Source: Candidatus Undinarchaeota archaeon
Lineage (GTDB): Archaea; SpSt-1190; JASMDC01
Assembly: GCA_964519305.1 (NCBI GenBank)
Contig: CAZFHY010000010.1
Location: forward strand, 32,001 to 96,000
DNA length: 64,000 nucleotides
Direction: 5' to 3'
The notes under the pieces were generated by a model. It saw nothing but the letters and a program-made list of their open reading frames with translations. It made no database searches and was not told the origin of the DNA. Made by a program: the position numbers and the translations under genes. Of the stretch, positions 58,741-64,000 are shown piece by piece (the stretch's first letter is position 1; every line of letters begins with the position of its first letter).

Positions 58741-60564
58741 TCAGCAGCCCTCGATGCGTGTCACGTACTCGTACCCCTTGCTCGTATGCACGGGGATGAG
58801 CGGATACATCTCAACGGGGACGTTCGTATCGCCCCGTACCCGCACGACTATACCGCGCGACCGCACCTTGTAGGCAGGACGATCGGCCGTGTCGGTCGTG
58901 GCGTGGGCAAGGAGAAGGTACGTACCTGCGTCCACCTCGGGGAACTCGTACTTACCCTCCTCGTCGGCGACCACTGTGACAACGGAGCCCGGGTAGCCGT
59001 CCAAGGGTACCATGTGGAGGCGGACGGCACGGGGCGGCACTCCGTCCACGTAGGCCAGCGTGCGCTCGCCCACTGCTTTCGTACGCCGGTCACCTGAGCA
59101 CGATATCCGGTCCTTGACGAACACGCGGCCGTGCACCCTGCCCTTGTTCCCCAGCTCCACGTCCTTTGTGAGATGGCCGGAGAGCTCTACACGCTCGATG
59201 AGACGACCAAGCCCGGGAGGACTGCTTGCCTCAACGACAAGGGTGTGCTCACCACAGGGTACCTTCGTCCGCTCCAGACGGCCTCCCTCGAATGGATGGA
59301 GACAGGTGTCCAGCCATGCCTGACCGTCAACGGGAGCGTTCCCAGGTCCGGTAACGGTGAGCTCCAGCTCGCATCCGCCGCTCCCGCACAGGTCATCCAC
59401 TGCTGGCGGGTGCTCCTGGCCGAACCGGGCATAAGGATCCACACCGGTTAAGTAGGGGTCGAGCACGAAGGCGAACTCAAGCGGTCGTCCCTCTGTCCGG
59501 ACGCCCATAGCCACCGGTCTGAGGTCCCGCAGGACCATCATAACATTGAACTGGGCGGTATAGCTCACGTTGTACCTGCTCAGGCAGATGGGCTCGTCGG
59601 CATCGCGTCGGTCGATGAACGGGAAAGGGACAGGTACGTATTCCACGTGCTTCGTGCTCTCCTGCTGGGTACCAGGATTGGCCGACAGTGTCATATCGAC
59701 ATGCTCTCGTACCATCTCCATGGACCACTCGATGTCAGGCTCGTCCTTTGCAGCGCTACGCTGTCGCTGAAGCTCCTTTGCTACCGACAGCTGTGCGTTC
59801 TCCACGAAGGGCTGGGCCATGTCGCGCTTAGTGGCGATGATACGCTGTTTGTTGCACGCCATGGTCTCGCCGATGCCACCAGGTGGGCTGGGGATACGGT
59901 CGTCGTTGATGATACCGGAAAGGAGGTTGCGTTCCATGTACCGCTCCTTCTCGTACGTCTCAAGATAGGCCTTGGCCCGGGACCAAAGGGTACGCAGACG
60001 CAGGGGAAGGGTGATGGTCATGTCCTCCACCGAACGGATCGCCTTATCGTCCCCCTGGAGGTGGTAGGTGAGCTCGAGCGTCGCCTCAACCCCCTCCTCC
60101 TGTAGCGTCGCTATGATCCGTGGCGCGCCGAAGACGACCTGGGCCTTCTCGCCCGCGCGGATCGCCTCGAGGCGCGGGACCAAGCGTCGGGTGGACTCCT
60201 GAGAGAGGAGACCCTCCATGACCTGCACCGATGGGAAGAGCACCAAACGGCCCTTCTGAAGATAGACGGGGCGTTTGTTCACCACAGGCCCCGGTAACGA
60301 GTTGGACGTGTAGCCACCGCGCCGTCCCAGCTCGTACACGGACTCCTCCACAGAGTCGCGGAGAGCGCTCTCGATGACGTCAGAAAGGTCGCGTAGGCGG
60401 TCCACGGTCGCCTTCACCTCCCCTGCCGCGGTCCGGGCCTCACGCTCGGTCTTGCTACCGCGCAGGACGAAGGAGACGATCACAAGAACGGCAATGGAGA
60501 TAGCTATGAGGCCGATGAGGCTTATCTGGGCACGCGCACGTTCCCGTACGATCCGGCCGCGCAT
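58741..60564 (-). CDS. Large protein with class III (prepilin-like) signal peptide and C-terminal beta-sandwich domains
   Basis: RERARA|QISLIGLIAISIAVLVIVSFVL; LGRRGGY; ADEEGKYEF.EV.AGTY; TGATG coupling to the upstream gene. Confidence 0.8.
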   Translation of the reverse strand: MRGRIVRERARAQISLIGLIAISIAVLVIVSFVLRGSKTEREARTAAGEVKATVDRLRDLSDVIESALRDSVEESVYELGRRGGYTSNSLPGPVVNKRPVYLQKGRLVLFPSVQVMEGLLSQESTRRLVPRLEAIRAGEKAQVVFGAPRIIATLQEEGVEATLELTYHLQGDDKAIRSVEDMTITLPLRLRTLWSRAKAYLETYEKERYMERNLLSGIINDDRIPSPPGGIGETMACNKQRIIATKRDMAQPFVENAQLSVAKELQRQRSAAKDEPDIEWSMEMVREHVDMTLSANPGTQQESTKHVEYVPVPFPFIDRRDADEPICLSRYNVSYTAQFNVMMVLRDLRPVAMGVRTEGRPLEFAFVLDPYLTGVDPYARFGQEHPPAVDDLCGSGGCELELTVTGPGNAPVDGQAWLDTCLHPFEGGRLERTKVPCGEHTLVVEASSPPGLGRLIERVELSGHLTKDVELGNKGRVHGRVFVKDRISCSGDRRTKAVGERTLAYVDGVPPRAVRLHMVPLDGYPGSVVTVVADEEGKYEFPEVDAGTYLLLAHATTDTADRPAYKVRSRGIVVRVRGDTNVPVEMYPLIPVHTSKGYEYVTRIEGC

Positions 60565-63401
60565 CAGCAAACCACCCCCTCAAGATTGCGCCAGTTACCC
60601 GGATTACCGGAGAGCTGGACCCGTGTCGTGTCCGAGGTCTCGTCCCCGGTGTTATCGCGGACCGTCACCACCACATCGAGCGGCATGGCATGCTCGGGTG
60701 TCGGACAAAGGCGGATGGCTGACAGGTGGAGACGGACTCCGACACTGGTGCGATAAACGAAAGCGACGGTGTCGCTCACGTCATGCGCACCCACCCTGAC
60801 GGAGAAGCTATCCTTGTCGATCGTCTCTCCGCCCTCGAGGTCCATCAGGACGTCCATATCGAACCCGAGCCCCGCCAGGAGCAGGAATAGTGGCCGCTCC
60901 TTGGTCCCCGGCTCCACGCTCAGGATGCGCATGGACAAGGGGACGTGCTCAAGCACTTCCAGCTGGGTCCGGGCCTGACCGGTCCGTCCGAGGTGGTTCA
61001 CCGCAAGTGTCAGGTGGTCCGCCTCCGTGCTCTCCCCATGGAGGTACACGACAACGGTCCAGGTGCCGGTGTGCCGGTCATAGGTGGCCGAGGTCACGTC
61101 CGCCCGAACTGTACTATCGCCACCGCCCAGGTGCGCGGTCATGGCCGAGACGGGTACGTACGGGATATCCTTGTCACCGGTGTCGGTTATGCGCAGACCG
61201 AGACGCACAGTGGCCCCATGCTCCACCGATGCTCGCGATAACCTGCGCGGTGCCACCGAGATCACCTCGATGTCCATCTCGCTCTGCTCCAGGGGGTACC
61301 ATACCTCGAACGGCCTGCGGACGAGGTGCATATCGTCACCGACATTGAGCATGAGGAACGCGTCGTAACGTCCCGGTGCGAGCGTGTGGTTGAAGGCCGT
61401 GGTGAAGGTCCACTCGTTGACGCTTCCGTCGAAGGAGATTCCTGGCGGAGGCCCGCCCGTGCCGCCCAGGAAGCTAGACGCTTCCAGCTCCTCGTGGACG
61501 CGCTTGTCGGCCACGCGATCGTCCATCTTCACGACCCCGGTCCAGGTCAAGGCCACACCATCGCCCATGTCATTGGTGCGCACGTGGATGGGTTTGAAGT
61601 CCTTGACCTCGAAGGTGAAATCCGGTAGCTGGCATCCGGCGAGAGTGCACACCTGACCCGCGGTACATGGGGAGAGCGCCTGGTCCGACGGATCGAGGCA
61701 CACGCACGTGCCTGAGCAGATCTCGCCCACCTCCACGCACGAGAGGGTCTCCACTCCCCGCTTGGCCACGCAGGCACCGCGGGTCCGGACGACCGTGAAC
61801 GGCGATGTCGAGGCAGAGGGGGATGAACATGCAGTGGCGCTCCCTGGCATCGGGAGGCAGGTGTCCTGATATTCGCACACGTCCCGCGGCATACCGTTCT
61901 CATCGAAGCATAGGCAGAGAGGGAAGGCGGAAGACGTGGGATGGCAGGTCATCCGGGGGCCGATGCATGGGATACTGGTGTCGAGCACGGGAAGGGAGCC
62001 TCCGAAGCAAAGGTCGGAGTGCACGGAATCCTGCCTAGGTCGCCAATCCACAATCTCGAACGTCTTGATACCGGTGGCGACCTTCTCACCACCCTGGTAG
62101 ACCTCCATCTCGACCTCGTACATCCCAGGATCTAGCTCCTCCTCAAGTTCGAGGTCGGCGGGCTCGCAGCCGCCGGAGCTCGTCCGGGTCACGATGTTGC
62201 CATCGCTGTCGGTGATAGTGACTTCGCACAGCTCACCTTCTCCGGTGGGGAACACGGCGAGGTTCTCTCCCGGCGAGTACACATCCTTGTCCGTCGTGAT
62301 CTCGACAGTCCCCTCTCCCGTCTCGGCGAAGGTGAACGTTGCTGTACCCGTGCTCGTCGAATCGCCCCGGGTGGCACGTGCGCGGACCAGGTAGTCGCCG
62401 GGGACCAGCCCGGCCGTGCCCAACCGGACATTGTCGCACGAGGCGAGGTCGAGCTCATCCCATCGATGCCCCTCCAGGTCGAGCACGGTAACCTCGCACC
62501 GGTCTACATCACCATCGACGGACAGGTCGACCTCGAAGGACGAACCGGTGACCGTGGTACTGCCGACGTCCACTGAGACCGTCAGGTCCGCACGGGTGGA
62601 TTCCAGAGGTGTGCGCGCGGTGGATATCCGGGGCAGGTCGCCCCATGTGTCAATCGCGATCAATACCAGCTCGGCCCCTTCCTCGACAAGGAGCCCTGTC
62701 GTCGGGAGCACGAAGGGATCACAGGCCGGTGAGACCGCGCTCAGCGCAGGGCGCGCCTCTCCCGATTGCATGATGGCGGCGATGCAGAGCGATCCCTGGA
62801 GACGGGGGATGTTGAACGCGTCGCCGATGACGAGCGCACCAGCGAGCTCCTTTACTGAGGAAGGGATGTCCAGCGGGTTGTTCTTGCCTGATACAGTGAA
62901 GGTGGAGAGGGTGGGCGAATCGCGCACGTCCTCGACGACCGCGCGGTAGGCCGGATAGCGGATCGAGAGCTCGCGTTTCTGAGCAAGCATCCCGGGAGCG
63001 AGGGTGAACTGTCGGGACCGGTACTCGTGGGAGAGCCGGACGCGGACACCATCTTCGCCCCATACGTCCTCCCAGCCGATCTCCTCGATGCCGAAGGCTG
63101 GCTCATCGTTCACCGTGAAGATGATCCTGCCCGTTGAAGTATCACGCCAGGGTTTGCAGTCCGCAGCCGGAGCAGCGATACGGCACCGCGTCTGCAGGTC
63201 GGCGTCCGTCAGTGCAGCAGCTGCGGTCGGCTCGAGGTTGAAGGTGATGATGGCGGTCTGTCCATCGAGCGACGCGAAGTCCACTTCCTCCGTCACCGAT
63301 GAGGAGATGATGGCCATCACAGGCACGGATACGAGCAGGAGCGTAACGAGCAGTGGAAGGAAAGGGAAATTCATCCGGTCCTTCTTCGCAGGAGGCACCA
63401 T
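60564..63401 (-). CDS. Large secreted protein with Ig-like domains and Cys-rich middle region
   Basis: Signal peptide FLPLLVTLLLVSVPVMA; TDKDVYSPGE, PGDYLV, PGMYEV, PGRYD; TATA 63426-63434. Confidence 0.8.
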   Translation of the reverse strand: MVPPAKKDRMNFPFLPLLVTLLLVSVPVMAIISSSVTEEVDFASLDGQTAIITFNLEPTAAAALTDADLQTRCRIAAPAADCKPWRDTSTGRIIFTVNDEPAFGIEEIGWEDVWGEDGVRVRLSHEYRSRQFTLAPGMLAQKRELSIRYPAYRAVVEDVRDSPTLSTFTVSGKNNPLDIPSSVKELAGALVIGDAFNIPRLQGSLCIAAIMQSGEARPALSAVSPACDPFVLPTTGLLVEEGAELVLIAIDTWGDLPRISTARTPLESTRADLTVSVDVGSTTVTGSSFEVDLSVDGDVDRCEVTVLDLEGHRWDELDLASCDNVRLGTAGLVPGDYLVRARATRGDSTSTGTATFTFAETGEGTVEITTDKDVYSPGENLAVFPTGEGELCEVTITDSDGNIVTRTSSGGCEPADLELEEELDPGMYEVEMEVYQGGEKVATGIKTFEIVDWRPRQDSVHSDLCFGGSLPVLDTSIPCIGPRMTCHPTSSAFPLCLCFDENGMPRDVCEYQDTCLPMPGSATACSSPSASTSPFTVVRTRGACVAKRGVETLSCVEVGEICSGTCVCLDPSDQALSPCTAGQVCTLAGCQLPDFTFEVKDFKPIHVRTNDMGDGVALTWTGVVKMDDRVADKRVHEELEASSFLGGTGGPPPGISFDGSVNEWTFTTAFNHTLAPGRYDAFLMLNVGDDMHLVRRPFEVWYPLEQSEMDIEVISVAPRRLSRASVEHGATVRLGLRITDTGDKDIPYVPVSAMTAHLGGGDSTVRADVTSATYDRHTGTWTVVVYLHGESTEADHLTLAVNHLGRTGQARTQLEVLEHVPLSMRILSVEPGTKERPLFLLLAGLGFDMDVLMDLEGGETIDKDSFSVRVGAHDVSDTVAFVYRTSVGVRLHLSAIRLCPTPEHAMPLDVVVTVRDNTGDETSDTTRVQLSGNPGNWRNLEGVVC

Positions 63402-63500
63402 CCGCCCATCACCACCGCGCATTCCTTTATAAAACGAAGGAGAGAGAACGCACGTCGGCCCCCCCTCTCCGTGTCCCCCTTCATCGTTAACCATTCATCA

Positions 63501-64000
63501 TTACCTCCGTGTTGTGCATGTGCACTCGCACTTGTCGGTCACGAGAGTGCAGCTCTCGGGCTCGATGGTGAGCGTACAGGTCGGCAGACAGGCGTCGCAC
63601 GATACCTCCAGGTAGCAGTCGCCCACGGTGAAGGACGCGTCGATGGGCTGGCGCGGACCCTCGCCCTCCCAGACACCTTCTTCGAGCTCCAGGCGGGAGT
63701 AAGGATGGGCCGTCGAGTCCATATCCTCATCCAGCCAGGTCGTGCCGTCCCTATCACGGACAATGACGTGGAGGCCCATGGTGCTGCCACCGGGCGGATC
63801 GTTGAACGCTCCGAAGACCGGGCCCTGGAGGGCGAAGACATCGTTGTGCTCAAGGCCGGTGACGTCCTGCGTGACACGGGAATTGGTGACCTCACGCCCG
63901 TCGGCCAGCTGCGCCCATGCCTCGATCGTGCCCGCGAACATCGTACTCGCGGAATTCTCCACGGTCACCTCGAACGTGACGGGCTCACGGACAGCGGCAG
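63501..64000 (-). CDS. C-terminus of a fourth giant Cys-rich scaffold paralogue; 5'-partial
   Basis: Frame open to the window edge; VEN...FAGT...RDRDGTTWLDE..C....C..CL.TC.L......C......CECTC matches the C-termini of the 1-16.8 kb proteins. Confidence 0.85.
   Translation of the reverse strand, partial: AAVREPVTFEVTVENSASTMFAGTIEAWAQLADGREVTNSRVTQDVTGLEHNDVFALQGPVFGAFNDPPGGSTMGLHVIVRDRDGTTWLDEDMDSTAHPYSRLELEEGVWEGEGPRQPIDASFTVGDCYLEVSCDACLPTCTLTIEPESCTLVTDKCECTCTTRR

Overview
High-GC archaeal DNA. The archaeal call rests on an intron-containing tRNA-Phe, TATA boxes about 25-30 nt before start codons, class III prepilin signal peptides, and TrmB- and SerK-like genes; a DPANN-like lineage is my inference. 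(1) 1-16.8 kb: three tandem giant (1,500 to >2,000 aa) acidic, extremely Cys-rich paralogues. They share a scaffold but carry different inserted domains: an intact NlpC/P60; a GH73-like glucosaminidase plus M23 peptidase plus dead NlpC/P60; or an S-layer-like domain plus Ca-binding repeats. The C-terminus of a fourth paralogue lies at the right edge, followed by a large Ig-like secreted protein and a large prepilin-type protein. (2) 16.8-37.5 kb: housekeeping and envelope genes (trxA, CBS, methyltransferase, dcd, secreted WD40, tRNA-Phe, two radical SAM genes, SerK-like, LamG pilin, GT39, PEPCK-like). (3) 37.5-43.6 kb: complete rnfCDGEAB plus divergent apbE. (4) 43.6-58.7 kb: an accessory island with a bacterial-type secA under an archaeal promoter. 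Its neighbours are proteases, bacterial-type domains and small orphans sharing acidic N-terminal leaders and a GCCTAA promoter motif. Overall hypothesis (inference): an archaeon equipped to attach to and breach bacterial cell walls. All domain calls are by eye from motifs; no database searches were run.
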